Assembly: GCF_003018255.1 (NCBI RefSeq)
Contig: NZ_CP027440.1
DNA from: Escherichia coli
Lineage (GTDB): Bacteria; Pseudomonadota; Gammaproteobacteria; Enterobacterales; Enterobacteriaceae
Reading direction: 5' to 3' (one strand)
Length of the DNA: 64,000 nucleotides
Shown: piece by piece, positions 32,484 through 44,559 of the stretch
Layout of the letters: each line of letters starts with the position of its first letter
Position numbering within the stretch: the first letter of the stretch is position 1
Position numbers and translations under genes: made by a program
The notes under the pieces: generated by a model
The model's database searches: none
What the model was told of the DNA's origin: nothing
What the model saw: only the letters and a program-made list of their open reading frames with translations

Positions 32484-32659
32484 GTGATTCAGATCACAAA
32501 GATCCAACAAACCACCAAAACAAAAATGTGACATTAGTCACATTTAAATGCCATTTTTAGCGAAAATCGCCGTCTTGTTGCTTTTTTACACAAGCATTTT
32601 GTGATGAGCATCACGTCAATTACCTCTCTACCCCCTATATTTATGTGACCCATATCACA
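32484..32659. promoter_or_regulatory. Cluster of four CRP-like palindromes (TGTGA-N6-TCACA type) in the mtlA upstream region
   Basis: tgtgattcagatcaca (32484..32499), tgtgacattagtcaca (32527..32542), tgtgatgagcatcac (about 32600..32614), tgtgacccatatcaca (32644..32659); the mtl promoter is known to be strongly CRP-dependent. Confidence 0.5.
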
Positions 32660-32802
32660 CAAAAGGCCGTCGACTGGACAGTTAACCGATTCAGTGCCAG
32701 ATTTCGCAGTATCTACAAGGTCCGGCTACCTCTGCCGCCACATTAACAAAAAACCTCGGGCTTCCAGCCTGCGCGACAGCAAACATAAGAAGGGGTGTTT
32801 TT

Positions 32803-34716
32803 ATGTCATCCGATATTAAGATCAAAGTGCAAAGCTTTGGTCGTTTCCTCAGCAACATGGTGATGCCAAATATCGGCGCGTTTATCGCGTGGGGTATCAT
32901 CACCGCGTTATTTATTCCAACAGGGTGGTTACCGAACGAGACGCTGGCGAAGCTGGTCGGGCCGATGATCACTTATCTCCTGCCGCTGCTGATCGGTTAT
33001 ACCGGTGGTAAGCTGGTAGGCGGCGAACGTGGCGGCGTAGTCGGTGCCATCACCACCATGGGCGTTATCGTCGGCGCAGACATGCCGATGTTCCTCGGTT
33101 CTATGATTGCAGGTCCGCTGGGCGGCTGGTGCATTAAGCACTTCGACCGCTGGGTAGACGGTAAGATCAAATCCGGTTTTGAGATGCTGGTGAATAACTT
33201 CTCCGCAGGCATCATCGGGATGATCCTCGCTATTCTGGCATTCCTCGGCATTGGCCCGATTGTTGAAGCCCTGTCCAAAATGCTGGCTGCGGGCGTTAAC
33301 TTCATGGTTGTCCATGACATGCTGCCGCTGGCGTCTATCTTTGTTGAACCGGCGAAAATCCTGTTCCTCAACAACGCCATTAACCACGGTATCTTCTCGC
33401 CGCTGGGCATTCAGCAGTCCCATGAATTGGGTAAATCCATCTTCTTCCTGATTGAAGCTAACCCAGGTCCAGGTATGGGCGTGCTGCTGGCGTACATGTT
33501 CTTTGGTCGTGGCAGTGCTAAACAATCTGCGGGCGGTGCGGCAATCATCCACTTCCTGGGTGGTATCCACGAAATTTACTTCCCGTATGTGTTGATGAAT
33601 CCGCGTCTGATCCTGGCCGTTATCCTCGGCGGTATGACTGGCGTGTTCACGCTGACTATCCTGGGCGGTGGTCTGGTTTCTCCGGCATCTCCGGGTTCTA
33701 TCCTTGCTGTACTGGCGATGACACCAAAAGGTGCTTATTTCGCTAACATCGCAGGTGTGTGTGCGGCGATGGCTGTCTCCTTCGTTGTCTCTGCCATTCT
33801 GCTGAAAACCAGCAAAGTGAAAGAAGAAGATGATATTGAAGCAGCAACTCGTCGTATGCAGGACATGAAAGCTGAGTCTAAAGGTGCGTCTCCGCTGTCT
33901 GCGGGCGATGTGACTAACGACCTGAGCCACGTACGTAAAATCATCGTTGCCTGTGACGCCGGTATGGGTTCCAGTGCGATGGGCGCAGGTGTGCTGCGTA
34001 AGAAAATTCAGGATGCAGGTCTGTCGCAGATTTCGGTCACTAACAGCGCGATCAACAACCTGCCGCCAGATGTGGACCTGGTCATCACTCACCGTGACCT
34101 GACCGAACGCGCTATGCGCCAGGTTCCGCAGGCACAGCATATTTCGCTGACCAACTTCCTCGACAGCGGCTTGTACACCAGCCTGACCGAACGTCTGGTT
34201 GCTGCCCAGCGCCATACTGAAAACGAAGTAAAAGTGAAAGACAGTCTGAAAGACAGCTTTGACGATTCCAGTGCTAACCTGTTCAAGCTAGGCGCGGAGA
34301 ACATCTTCCTCGGTCGCAAAGCGGCCACCAAAGAAGAAGCGATTCGTTTTGCTGGCGAGCAGCTGGTGAAAGGCGGTTACGTTGAGCCAGAATACGTTCA
34401 GGCGATGCTGGATCGTGAAAAACTGACCCCGACTTATCTGGGTGAGTCTATCGCGGTGCCACACGGTACGGTTGAAGCAAAAGATCGCGTACTGAAAACG
34501 GGCGTGGTGTTCTGCCAGTACCCGGAAGGCGTGCGCTTCGGTGAAGAAGAAGATGACATTGCCCGTCTGGTGATTGGTATTGCTGCCCGTAACAACGAGC
34601 ACATTCAGGTTATCACCAGCCTGACCAATGCACTGGATGATGAATCCGTCATCGAGCGTCTGGCACACACCACCAGCGTGGATGAAGTGCTGGAACTGCT
34701 GGCAGGTCGTAAGTAA
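32803..34716 (+). CDS. mtlA: PTS mannitol-specific EIICBA component
   Basis: 637 aa; membrane EIIC domain followed by EIIB and EIIA domains. Confidence 0.9.
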   Translation: MSSDIKIKVQSFGRFLSNMVMPNIGAFIAWGIITALFIPTGWLPNETLAKLVGPMITYLLPLLIGYTGGKLVGGERGGVVGAITTMGVIVGADMPMFLGSMIAGPLGGWCIKHFDRWVDGKIKSGFEMLVNNFSAGIIGMILAILAFLGIGPIVEALSKMLAAGVNFMVVHDMLPLASIFVEPAKILFLNNAINHGIFSPLGIQQSHELGKSIFFLIEANPGPGMGVLLAYMFFGRGSAKQSAGGAAIIHFLGGIHEIYFPYVLMNPRLILAVILGGMTGVFTLTILGGGLVSPASPGSILAVLAMTPKGAYFANIAGVCAAMAVSFVVSAILLKTSKVKEEDDIEAATRRMQDMKAESKGASPLSAGDVTNDLSHVRKIIVACDAGMGSSAMGAGVLRKKIQDAGLSQISVTNSAINNLPPDVDLVITHRDLTERAMRQVPQAQHISLTNFLDSGLYTSLTERLVAAQRHTENEVKVKDSLKDSFDDSSANLFKLGAENIFLGRKAATKEEAIRFAGEQLVKGGYVEPEYVQAMLDREKLTPTYLGESIAVPHGTVEAKDRVLKTGVVFCQYPEGVRFGEEEDDIARLVIGIAARNNEHIQVITSLTNALDDESVIERLAHTTSVDEVLELLAGRK

Positions 34717-34739
34717 TACAATCTCACCCTCTCCACATG

Positions 34740-35040
<301 letters not shown>

Positions 35041-35080
35041 CCAGCCCTCTCGGGTAAAAACATTGATGAAGGTTAATACT

Positions 35081-36229
35081 ATGAAAGCATTACATTTTGG
35101 CGCAGGTAATATCGGTCGTGGCTTTATCGGTAAACTGCTGGCAGACGCGGGTATCCAACTGACGTTTGCCGATGTCAATCAGGTGGTACTTGATGCCCTG
35201 AATGCCCGTCATAGCTATCAGGTTCATGTGGTCGGTGAAACCGAGCAGGCAGATACCGTTTCCGGCGTCAATGCCGTCAGCAGCATTGGTGATGATGTCG
35301 TTGATCTGATTGCTCAGGTTGATTTAGTCACTACCGCCGTTGGCCCGGTTGTGCTGGAACGTATTGCTCCGGCAATCGCCAAAGGGCTGGTGAAACGTAA
35401 AGAACAAGGTAATGAATCCCCGCTGAACATCATCGCTTGTGAAAACATGGTCCGCGGCACCACACAGCTGAAAGGCCATGTGATGAACGCCCTGCCAGAA
35501 GATGCCAAAGCGTGGGTAGAAGAACACGTTGGCTTTGTCGATTCCGCCGTTGACCGCATCGTGCCGCCTTCGGCTTCTGCAACCAACGATCCGCTGGAAG
35601 TGACGGTAGAAACATTCAGCGAATGGATTGTCGATAAAACGCAGTTCAAAGGCGCGCTGCCAAACATCCCTGGCATGGAATTAACCGACAATCTGATGGC
35701 ATTTGTCGAACGTAAACTCTTCACCCTGAATACAGGTCATGCTATAACCGCGTACCTCGGAAAACTGGCCGGTCATCAGACCATTCGTGATGCGATTCTC
35801 GACGAGAAAATCCGCGCGGTGGTAAAAGGTGCGATGGAAGAAAGTGGTGCAGTATTGATCAAGCGCTACGGCTTTGACGCAGACAAACATGCGGCGTACA
35901 TCCGGAAAATCCTCGGTCGTTTCGAGAACCCGTACCTGAAAGATGATGTAGAGCGCGTAGGCCGTCAGCCGCTGCGTAAACTGAGTGCTGGCGACCGTCT
36001 AATCAAGCCACTGCTCGGAACGCTGGAATATGGTCTGCCACATAAAAACCTGATTGAAGGTATTGCCGCTGCAATGCACTTCCGCAGTGAAGATGATCCG
36101 CAGGCTCAGGAACTGGCAGCACTGATCGCTGACAAAGGTCCGCAGGCGGCGCTGGCACAGATTTCCGGTCTTGATGCCAACAGCGAGGTTGTATCCGAGG
36201 CGGTAACCGCTTATAAAGCAATGCAATAA
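35081..36229 (+). CDS. mtlD: Mannitol-1-phosphate 5-dehydrogenase
   Basis: 382 aa from [17 protein letters not shown] (Rossmann motif); the ORF-track frame extends upstream into the REP array. Confidence 0.9.
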   Translation: MKALHFGAGNIGRGFIGKLLADAGIQLTFADVNQVVLDALNARHSYQVHVVGETEQADTVSGVNAVSSIGDDVVDLIAQVDLVTTAVGPVVLERIAPAIAKGLVKRKEQGNESPLNIIACENMVRGTTQLKGHVMNALPEDAKAWVEEHVGFVDSAVDRIVPPSASATNDPLEVTVETFSEWIVDKTQFKGALPNIPGMELTDNLMAFVERKLFTLNTGHAITAYLGKLAGHQTIRDAILDEKIRAVVKGAMEESGAVLIKRYGFDADKHAAYIRKILGRFENPYLKDDVERVGRQPLRKLSAGDRLIKPLLGTLEYGLPHKNLIEGIAAAMHFRSEDDPQAQELAALIADKGPQAALAQISGLDANSEVVSEAVTAYKAMQ

Positions 36230-36816
36230 TGGTGGACCAGGCGCAGGACACCCTGCGCCCGAATAACAGATTGTCAGATATGCAGGCAACAATGGAACAA
36301 ACCCAGGCCTTTGAAAACCGTGTGCTTGAGCGTCTGAATGCTGGCAAAACCGTGCGAAGCTTTCTGATCACCGCCGTCGAGCTTTTGACCGAGGCGGTAA
36401 ATCTTCTGGTGCTTCAGGTATTCCGCAAAGACGATTACGCGGTGAAGTATGCTGTAGAACCGTTACTCGACGGCGACGGTCCGCTGGGCGATCTTTCTGT
36501 GCGTTTAAAACTCATTTACGGGTTGGGCGTCATTAACCGCCAGGAATACGAAGATGCGGAACTGCTGATGGCATTGCGTGAAGAGCTAAATCACGACGGC
36601 AACGAGTACGCGTTTACCGACGACGAAATCCTTGGACCCTTTGGTGAACTGCATTGCGTGGCGGCGTTACCACCGCCGCCACAGTTTGAACCTGCAGACT
36701 CCAGTTTGTATGCAATGCAAATTCAGCGCTATCAACAGGCTGTGCGATCAACAATGGTCCTTTCACTGACAGAGCTGATTTCCAAAATCAGCTTAAAAAA
36801 AGCCTTTCAAAAGTAA
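36229..36816 (+). CDS. mtlR: Mannitol operon repressor
   Basis: 195 aa, [19 protein letters not shown]…; position after mtlD. Confidence 0.85.
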   Translation: MVDQAQDTLRPNNRLSDMQATMEQTQAFENRVLERLNAGKTVRSFLITAVELLTEAVNLLVLQVFRKDDYAVKYAVEPLLDGDGPLGDLSVRLKLIYGLGVINRQEYEDAELLMALREELNHDGNEYAFTDDEILGPFGELHCVAALPPPPQFEPADSSLYAMQIQRYQQAVRSTMVLSLTELISKISLKKAFQK

Positions 36817-36826
36817 GTACTTTCGC

Positions 36827-37036
36827 TTACTTCTCCTCTACCTGTTTCGGACGATAAAGCTGACGATAATACTCCAGACGTTGTAGATATAACGGCACGC
36901 TTTCATCAGGTATTCCGGACGGAATCGCGTTACGGGGAGGTAGTTTTTTCAGATACTCCCGGAACGCCTGGCTCGATGCCATGAAATCTACGGCTTTATC
37001 GATAAGAAGCGGAACGTTTTCACCTAATTTGCCCAT
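36827..37036 (-). CDS. yibT: Small protein YibT
   Basis: 69 aa, convergent with mtlR; matches YibT as recalled. Confidence 0.7.
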
Positions 37037-37319
37037 GATGATATCTCCGTATTACCCCGCGCCGGGAATGCGCGGCCGCCAATTTTAGTTTAGATCCCGG
37101 TATAAATGACATTAAGGAAAACGTGCTCAATCCTCAATAATCACCTGCTTCTGTTGACTATCTTTTTTCTTTAAATTTCTTAATTAATCAATAAATTGCG
37201 TAGTTTTTAAGCATGTTAATGTTTACGTTATAGAACTATTGCAATGTCATCAGTTGTGAACAAAGCACCTGGTCGCGCATACTAGGGGCTATAAATTTAT
37301 CTTTATCAGAAGCCATCAC

Positions 37320-37682
37320 ATGAAAGAAGTCGAAAAAAACGAAATCAAACGTCTCAGCGATCGTCTGGACGCCATCCGCCACCAGCAGGCCGATCTGTCG
37401 CTGGTTGAAGCCGCAGACAAATATGCCGAACTGGAAAAAGAGAAAGCCACTCTGGAAGCAGAAATTGCTCGCCTGCGCGAAGTTCACAGCCAGAAACTCA
37501 GTAAGGAAGCACAAAAGCTGATGAAGATGCCATTCCAGCGCGCGATTACCAAAAAAGAGCAGGCTGATATGGGCAAGCTGAAGAAAAGTGTTCGCGGACT
37601 GGTCGTTGTGCACCCAATGACCGCGCTGGGCCGCGAAATGGGCCTGCAAGAGATGACAGGGTTCTCAAAGACTGCGTTTTAA
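37320..37682 (+). CDS. yibL: Ribosome-associated small protein YibL
   Basis: 120 aa, charged coiled-coil-like protein; matches YibL as recalled. Confidence 0.75.
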
Positions 37683-38240
37683 GTTCCTTTCTCGTCGCTG
37701 TAATCACAGCCTCTCACCATTTACTCGCTCCTGCTGGCACATGCAGGAGCCTGTTTCAGAGATCGAATATTTATAACGTTCTTAACATTATATATTCAAT
37801 CTCCTCTATTCTTTTTAGCGCACATGCCAGGCTAAATTCTGAAAATCAGGTACAAGTTAAAGAACGATGTATCAATATTAACAATGAATTGCCGCATATC
37901 AATGCTTGAAACATAATTAATTATTTAAATTTTTCTATCAGCATCGCAAACTTCGCAATAAAACATCACTCAACTGAATATTTACCTTTCCCTGCCCTGG
38001 GCCTTTATCCGGTGAAACATTTGACATTGATTGACACCGATCATTAAAATCCGCGCGATTAATATTATTGGCTACAAACCGAAATTGTTTGACACTTAAT
38101 AACATATTCGCACAACCGATTAATACAAAAATTCTCTAACAAATTTATTTGTCGGATATGCTCCACTCTAATCATTCATAAAAAAAATGATTGTGCCGTA
38201 ATTATCAACTGTATCGGGATTATGAAAAGGAATTCATCCT

Positions 38241-38924
38241 ATGAACCTAAAGAAAACACTGTTAAGCGTGTTAATAATAGTGCCTCTCTGCTTATTGGCA
38301 GGGTGTGACTATATTGAAAAAGCGAGTAAGGTCGACGACCTCGTTACACAGCAAGAGTTGCAAAAAAGCAAAATTGAGGCGCTTGAGAAACAACAGGAAC
38401 TCGATAAGCGAAAGATAGAACATTTTGAAAAACAACAAACTACTATCATAAATAGTACCAAGACGCTCGCTGGCGTGGTGAAGGCGGTTAAAGACAAACA
38501 GGACGAATTTGTCTTTACAGAATTTAACCCGGCACAAACCCAATACTTCATTTTAAATAACGGCTCTGTTGGTTTGGCAGGCCGGGTGCTGGCTATTGAT
38601 GCAGTTGAAAATGGCAGCGTTATTCGTATTTCGCTGGTTAATTTATTAAGCGTTCCCGTATCAAATATTGGCTTTCATGCGACATGGGGCAATGAAAGGC
38701 CCACCGATGCCAAAGCTCTGGCAAAGTGGCAACAATTACTTTTCAACACCACACTGAATTCCACTCTGCAATTAATGCCTGGTCAATGGCAAGACATTAA
38801 TCTGACATTAAAAGGCGTTTCGCCTAATAACCTGAAGTATCTGAAGTTGTCCATCAATATGGCCAATCTCCAGTTCGACACTGTTCAATCTGCTGAAACT
38901 CGGCAGCGAAAAAACAAAAAATAA
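38241..38924 (+). CDS. Lipoprotein with N-terminal coiled coil, SadB-like (putative partner of the downstream trimeric autotransporter)
   Basis: 227 aa; lipobox LLAGC; coiled-coil segment QQELQKSKIEALEKQQELDKRKIEHFEKQQ followed by a globular domain; 43 bp upstream of the adhesin gene, same strand. Confidence 0.6.
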   Translation: MNLKKTLLSVLIIVPLCLLAGCDYIEKASKVDDLVTQQELQKSKIEALEKQQELDKRKIEHFEKQQTTIINSTKTLAGVVKAVKDKQDEFVFTEFNPAQTQYFILNNGSVGLAGRVLAIDAVENGSVIRISLVNLLSVPVSNIGFHATWGNERPTDAKALAKWQQLLFNTTLNSTLQLMPGQWQDINLTLKGVSPNNLKYLKLSINMANLQFDTVQSAETRQRKNKK

Positions 38925-38967
38925 ATGCAGCTTCTGCGCTTATATCAAGGAATAGAGAGCATCAATA

Positions 38968-41900
38968 ATGAACAAAATTTTTAAAGTTATCTGGAATCCA
39001 GCGACGGGCAGTTACAGCGTTGCCAGCGAAACGGCGAAGAGCCGTGGTAAAAAAAGCGGGCGCAGTAAGCTGTTAATTTCTGTACTAGTTGCGAGTGGGT
39101 TGTTGTCGTCGTTTGGAGCGTTAGCTAATAACTACGACGGGCAGCCAACTGATTATGGCGATGGCTCAGCAGGTGACGGCTGGGTTGCTATCGGTAAAGG
39201 GGCAAAAGCAAATACCTTTATGAACACTAGTGGCGCGAGTACAGCTTTAGGATATGACGCGATAGCCGAAGGTGAGTACAGTTCTGCCATCGGGTCAAAA
39301 ACCCTTGCAACTGGTGGAGCATCCATGGCGTTCGGGGTTAGTGCAAGAGCAATGGGTGACAGAAGTGTCGCGCTGGGTGCATCGTCAGTAGCAAATGGCG
39401 ATCGTTCGATGGCTTTTGGTCGTTACGCAAAGACGAATGGTTATACATCTCTTGCTATTGGGGACTCCTCCCTTGCCGATGGTGAAAAAACTATTGCGTT
39501 AGGAAATACGGCTAAAGCTTACGAAATTATGAGCATCGCCCTCGGTGATCATGCCAATGCGTCAAAAGAATATTCAATGGCGCTGGGTGCAAGTAGTGCC
39601 GCATCTGCGGCTAACGCGATTGCAGTAGGCCGCAACAGTGCTGCAGCTGGCGTAGACAGCCTCGCATTCGGTAGACTATCCGCCGCCAACGCCGCAAACG
39701 CGATTGCTATGGGTGCAGAGAGCAAAGCTGCTGAAAATGCGACGGCAGTTGGTACTAACGCGGAGGCAAATGGACTTAATAGTATCGCGTTGGGCTCCGG
39801 CAGTATTGCAGATGTCGACAACACTATTGCTCTGGGCAATCAAAGTCAGGCAGTAGCGGCTGGCGCAATTGCCATCGGTCAAGGGAATAAAGCTGACGGC
39901 GCAAATGCTATCGCGCTGGGTAATGGTAGTATTACAGGTGGTGTAAATGCTATTGCTCTTGGACAAGGCAGTTATGCCGGTTTAGAAAATGGCACTGCAA
40001 TTGGTGCTCAAGCCAGTGCTCAGGGGAAAAATTCAGTTGCTCTGGGTGCTGGTTCTGTAGCGACTGACGCGGATACTGTTTCTGTGGGTAACACAACAGC
40101 TCAGCGACAAATTGTCAATATGGCAGCAGGTGATATCAGCACTACCAGTACTGATGCCATCAATGGATCACAGCTTTATGCTATCAGTAAGTCAGTAGCG
40201 GACAATCTTGGTGGGGGGGCTACCGTCAATGCGCAAGGCGTCGTTACTTCCCCAAATTACAGGCTGAAAAGTGGTATTTTCGGCACTGTTGGCGACGCCT
40301 TAACGGGCCTGGACAATAATACGTTACAATGGGACTCCCTTAAAAAGGCATATAGTGCGGCACATGGTACAGATACTACCAGTACCATCACCAACGTTAA
40401 AGACGGCGCTATTTCTGATACCAGTAAGGATGCGGTTAACGGTTCTCAGCTGAAAACCACCAACGATAACGTAGCGACCAATACTGCCAATATCACCACC
40501 AACACTAACAGTATCAATACCCTGACGGATTCCGTTGGCGACCTTAAAGACGATGCCCTGCTGTGGAATGGCACCGCGTTCAGCGCCGCGCACGGCACCG
40601 AAGCCACCAGCAAAATCACCAACGTCAAAGACGGTGACCTGACGGCTGGCAGCACCGACGCGGTTAACGGCTCTCAGCTCAAAACCACTAACGATGCCGT
40701 GGCAGCCAACACCACCAATATCGCCACGAACACCACCAACATCACCAACCTGACTGACGCTGTTGACAGTCTCGGTGATGACTCTCTGCTGTGGAATGAT
40801 GCAGCGAAAGCATTCAGTGCCGCTCACGGTACCGATGCCACCAGCAAAATCACTAACGTCAAAGACGGTGACCTGACGGCTGGCAGCACCGACGCGGTTA
40901 ACGGCTCTCAGCTCAAAACCACTAACGATGCCGTGGCAGCCAACACCACCAATATCGCCACGAACACCACCAACATCACCAATCTGACTGACGCTGTTGA
41001 CAGTCTCGGTGATGACTCTCTGCTGTGGAATGATGCAGCGAAAGCATTCAGCGCCGCGCACGGTACTGATGCCACCAGCAAAATCACTAACGTCAAAGAC
41101 GGTGACCTGACGGCTGGCAGCACTGACGCGGTTAACGGCTCTCAGCTCAAAACCACTAACGATGCCGTGGCAGCCAACACCACCAATATCGCCACGAACA
41201 CCACCAACATCACCAACCTGACTGACGCTGTTGACAGTCTCGGTGATGACTCTCTGCTGTGGAATGATGCAGCGAAAGCATTCAGCGCCGCGCACGGTAC
41301 TGATGCCACCAGCAAAATCACTAACGTCAAAGACGGTAACCTGACGGCTGGCAGCACTGACGCGGTTAACGGCTCTCAGCTCAAAACCACTAACGATGCC
41401 GTGGCAGCCAACACCACCAATATCGCCACGAACACCACCAACATCACCAACCTGACTGACGCTGTTGACAGTCTCGGTGACGATTCCCTGCTGTGGAACG
41501 CTACGGCGGGTGCATTCAGTGCCAAACACGGCACCAACGGTACTGACAGCAAAATCACCAACTTACTGGCAGGCACTGTATCCTCTGATAGCACTGACGC
41601 CATTAATGGCTCACAACTTTATGGTTTAGCTGATTCATTTACGTCATACCTTGGCGGTGGTGCTGATATCAGCGATGCGGGTGTATTAACCGGGCCAACC
41701 TACACTATTGGTGGTACTGACTACAATAACGTCGGTGATGCTCTGGCAGCCATTAACACGTCATTTAGCACATCACTCGGTGACGCCCTACTCTGGGATG
41801 CGACCGCCAAGGGCGGTGACGGTGCGTTTAGCGCCGGTCGCGGAAAAGATAACACGGCCAGCATCATTACTAATGTTGCAGACGGTGCAATTTCCTCTAC

Positions 41901-44220
41901 CAGCAGCGACGCTATTAACGGCTCACAGCTCTATGACACCAGTAAGTACATTGCCGATACTCTGGGTGGTGACGCAGAAGTCAATGCTGACGGCACAATC
42001 ACCGCACCGACTTATGCTATCGCTGGCGGCAGTTACAGCAACGTCGGTGACGCGCTGGAAGCAATCGATACCACGCTCGATGACGCTCTGTTGTGGGATG
42101 CCACAGCCAATGATGGTAATGGTGCATTTAGCGCCGCTCACGGAAAAGATAAAACAGCCAGTGTAATCACTAACGTCGCTAACGGTGCAATCTCTGCCAC
42201 CAGCAGCGATGCCATTAACGGTTCACAACTGTATACCACCAACAAGTACATTGCCGATGCCCTGGGTGGTGACGCAGAAGTTAACGCTGATGGTTCTATC
42301 ACTGCGCCGACTTACACCATTGCAAATGCCGAGTACAACAACGTCGGTGACGCCCTGGATGCGCTCGACGATAACGCTCTGCTGTGGGATGCAACGGCCA
42401 ATGACGGCGCAGGTGCCTACAACGCCAGCCATGACGGCAAGGCCAGCATCATCACAAATGTTGCTGATGGTAACATTGGCGAAGGCAGTACCGACGCCAT
42501 CAACGGTTCTCAGCTGTTTAACACCAATATGATGATCCAGCAGAACAGCGAAATCATCAATCAGCTTGCCGGTAACACCAGCGAAACCTACATCGAAGAT
42601 AACGGTGCGGGTATTAACTATGTACGTACCAACGACAACGGCTTAGCGTTCAACGATGCCAGCGCTTCAGGTATTGGCGCTACGGCTGTGGGTTATAACT
42701 CTGTTGCCGAAGGCGATAGCAGCGTAGCCATCGGTCAGGGCAGCTACAGCGACGTTGATACCGGTATTGCCCTGGGTAGCAGCTCCGTTTCCAGCCGTGT
42801 AATAGTTAAAGGTTCTCGTGACACCAGCGTGTCGGAAGAAGGTGTTGTGATTGGTTATGACACCACGGATGGCGAACTACTTGGTGCGCTGTCTATTGGT
42901 GATGACGGTAAATATCGTCAAATCATCAACGTAGCCGATGGTTCCGAAGCCCATGACGCCGTTACGGTTCGCCAGTTGCAAAATGCCATTGGTGCAGTCG
43001 CTACCACGCCGACCAAATACTTCCACGCCAACTCAACGGCTGAAGACTCACTGGCTGTCGGGGAAGACTCGCTGGCGATGGGCGCGAAAACTATCGTCAA
43101 TGGTAATGCGGGTATTGGTATCGGCCTGAATACTCTGGTTCTGGCAGATGCCATCAACGGTATTGCTATCGGTTCTAACGCACGCGCCAACCATGCAAAC
43201 AGTATTGCAATGGGTAATGGTTCTCAGACCACTCGCGGCGCTCAGACTGGCTACACCGCCTACAACATGGATGCACCGCAGAACTCTGTGGGTGAATTCT
43301 CCGTAGGTAGCGAAGACGGTCAACGTCAGATCACCAACGTCGCAGCGGGGTCGGCGGATACCGATGCGGTTAACGTGGGTCAGTTGAAAGTAACGGACGC
43401 GCAGGTTTCCCAGAATACCCAGAGCATTACTAACCTGAATACTCAGGTAACGAATCTGGATACCCGCGTCACCAATATCGAAAACGGTATTGGCGATATC
43501 GTAAGCACCGGTAGCACCAAGTACTTCAAGACCAACACCGATGGCGTAGATGCTAACGCGCAGGGTAAAGACAGTGTTGCGATTGGCTCTGGCTCTATTG
43601 CTGCCGCTGATAACAGCGTTGCGCTGGGTACTGGCTCTGTGGCAAACGAAGAAAATACGATCTCCGTAGGTTCTTCCACTAACCAACGCCGTATCACCAA
43701 CGTTGCCGCTGGTAAAAATGCTACTGACGCGGTTAACGTTGCGCAGTTGAAGTCTTCCGAAGCAGGCGGCGTGCGGTATGACACCAAAGCTGACGGTTCT
43801 GTTGATTACAGCAACATCACTCTCGGCGGTGGTAATGGCGGAACGACTCGCATCAGCAACGTTTCCGCTGGCGTTAACAACAACGACGCGGTGAACTACG
43901 CGCAGTTGAAGCAAAGCGTGCAGGAAACGAAGCAATACACCGATCAGCGCATGGTTGAGATGGATAACAAACTGTCCAAAACCGAAAGCAAGTTGAGCGG
44001 TGGTATCGCTTCTGCAATGGCGATGACCGGTCTGCCGCAGGCTTACACGCCAGGTGCCAGCATGGCCTCTATTGGTGGCGGTACTTACAACGGTGAATCG
44101 GCTGTTGCTTTAGGTGTGTCGATGGTGAGCGCCAATGGTCGTTGGGTCTACAAATTACAAGGTAGTACCAATAGCCAGGGTGAATACTCCGCCGCGCTCG
44201 GTGCCGGTATTCAGTGGTAA
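38968..44220 (+). CDS. upaG: Trimeric autotransporter adhesin (UpaG/EhaG/SadA family)
   Basis: 1750 aa; extended signal peptide region [20 protein letters not shown]…; YadA-like head repeats (…SIALGxGS…); long repetitive stalk; C-terminal YadA-type anchor ending …[13 protein letters not shown]. Symbol assigned by family and position only. Confidence 0.8.
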   Translation: MNKIFKVIWNPATGSYSVASETAKSRGKKSGRSKLLISVLVASGLLSSFGALANNYDGQPTDYGDGSAGDGWVAIGKGAKANTFMNTSGASTALGYDAIAEGEYSSAIGSKTLATGGASMAFGVSARAMGDRSVALGASSVANGDRSMAFGRYAKTNGYTSLAIGDSSLADGEKTIALGNTAKAYEIMSIALGDHANASKEYSMALGASSAASAANAIAVGRNSAAAGVDSLAFGRLSAANAANAIAMGAESKAAENATAVGTNAEANGLNSIALGSGSIADVDNTIALGNQSQAVAAGAIAIGQGNKADGANAIALGNGSITGGVNAIALGQGSYAGLENGTAIGAQASAQGKNSVALGAGSVATDADTVSVGNTTAQRQIVNMAAGDISTTSTDAINGSQLYAISKSVADNLGGGATVNAQGVVTSPNYRLKSGIFGTVGDALTGLDNNTLQWDSLKKAYSAAHGTDTTSTITNVKDGAISDTSKDAVNGSQLKTTNDNVATNTANITTNTNSINTLTDSVGDLKDDALLWNGTAFSAAHGTEATSKITNVKDGDLTAGSTDAVNGSQLKTTNDAVAANTTNIATNTTNITNLTDAVDSLGDDSLLWNDAAKAFSAAHGTDATSKITNVKDGDLTAGSTDAVNGSQLKTTNDAVAANTTNIATNTTNITNLTDAVDSLGDDSLLWNDAAKAFSAAHGTDATSKITNVKDGDLTAGSTDAVNGSQLKTTNDAVAANTTNIATNTTNITNLTDAVDSLGDDSLLWNDAAKAFSAAHGTDATSKITNVKDGNLTAGSTDAVNGSQLKTTNDAVAANTTNIATNTTNITNLTDAVDSLGDDSLLWNATAGAFSAKHGTNGTDSKITNLLAGTVSSDSTDAINGSQLYGLADSFTSYLGGGADISDAGVLTGPTYTIGGTDYNNVGDALAAINTSFSTSLGDALLWDATAKGGDGAFSAGRGKDNTASIITNVADGAISSTSSDAINGSQLYDTSKYIADTLGGDAEVNADGTITAPTYAIAGGSYSNVGDALEAIDTTLDDALLWDATANDGNGAFSAAHGKDKTASVITNVANGAISATSSDAINGSQLYTTNKYIADALGGDAEVNADGSITAPTYTIANAEYNNVGDALDALDDNALLWDATANDGAGAYNASHDGKASIITNVADGNIGEGSTDAINGSQLFNTNMMIQQNSEIINQLAGNTSETYIEDNGAGINYVRTNDNGLAFNDASASGIGATAVGYNSVAEGDSSVAIGQGSYSDVDTGIALGSSSVSSRVIVKGSRDTSVSEEGVVIGYDTTDGELLGALSIGDDGKYRQIINVADGSEAHDAVTVRQLQNAIGAVATTPTKYFHANSTAEDSLAVGEDSLAMGAKTIVNGNAGIGIGLNTLVLADAINGIAIGSNARANHANSIAMGNGSQTTRGAQTGYTAYNMDAPQNSVGEFSVGSEDGQRQITNVAAGSADTDAVNVGQLKVTDAQVSQNTQSITNLNTQVTNLDTRVTNIENGIGDIVSTGSTKYFKTNTDGVDANAQGKDSVAIGSGSIAAADNSVALGTGSVANEENTISVGSSTNQRRITNVAAGKNATDAVNVAQLKSSEAGGVRYDTKADGSVDYSNITLGGGNGGTTRISNVSAGVNNNDAVNYAQLKQSVQETKQYTDQRMVEMDNKLSKTESKLSGGIASAMAMTGLPQAYTPGASMASIGGGTYNGESAVALGVSMVSANGRWVYKLQGSTNSQGEYSAALGAGIQW
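40549..41478 (+). repeat. Tandem array of about four 234-bp (78-aa) repeats inside the adhesin stalk; copies 2-4 near-identical
   Basis: Unit [78 protein letters not shown] recurs with starts near 40777, 41011 and 41245 (period 234 bp); more diverged copies flank it. Confidence 0.85.
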
Positions 44221-44252
44221 TCATCCATTAACGAATGGGTAAACGCCACATT

Positions 44253-44337
44253 GCCTGATGCGCTACGCTTATCAGGCCTACGGGGTGATTCAGCACTACC
44301 CTGTAGGCCGGATAAGGCGTTCACGCCGCATCCGGCA
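44253..44337. repeat. BIME (pair of inverted REP elements) downstream of the adhesin gene
   Basis: gcctgatgcgctacgcttatcaggcctac … gtaggccggataaggcgttcacgccgcatccggca. Confidence 0.7.
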
Positions 44338-44416
44338 AGATAAGGCGCACCAGATCAACAATCTGAGGGCAATTCTCTGATGGGAATTGCCCTTTTCTTC
44401 ATTACCTCTCTCCCAG

Positions 44417-44433
44417 AATTGGCCCTACCAATT
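44417..44433. promoter_or_regulatory. Putative LldR operator O1 (palindrome AATTGGCCCTACCAATT)
   Basis: Perfect 17-bp palindrome about 200 bp upstream of the lldP start; a second related site lies about 126 bp downstream, matching my recollection of the two-operator lldPRD promoter. Confidence 0.5.
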
Positions 44434-44542
44434 CTTCATTGATCTGACCTCTGGTTCACAATTCCCCAATTAAAACTCACATCACCGTTGCCAATACATA
44501 ACATCTAGTTAACTATTCATTGTCATTATCCCTACACAACAC

Positions 44543-44559
44543 AATTGGCAGTGCCACTT
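44543..44559. promoter_or_regulatory. Putative LldR operator O2 (AATTGGCAGTGCCACTT)
   Basis: Related imperfect palindrome (TGGCA-G-TGCCA core) between O1 and the lldP start codon. Confidence 0.45.

Noticed and set aside
32929-34215. A 428-aa antisense ORF inside mtlA
   Set aside because: mtlA on the plus strand is unambiguous; the antisense product is R/Q/H-rich, low-complexity and has no independent support.
40324-41603. A 401-aa minus-strand ORF and several repeated 70-aa ORFs inside the adhesin gene
   Set aside because: They coincide with the 234-bp tandem array; the repeated sequence simply repeats a stop-free antisense frame.
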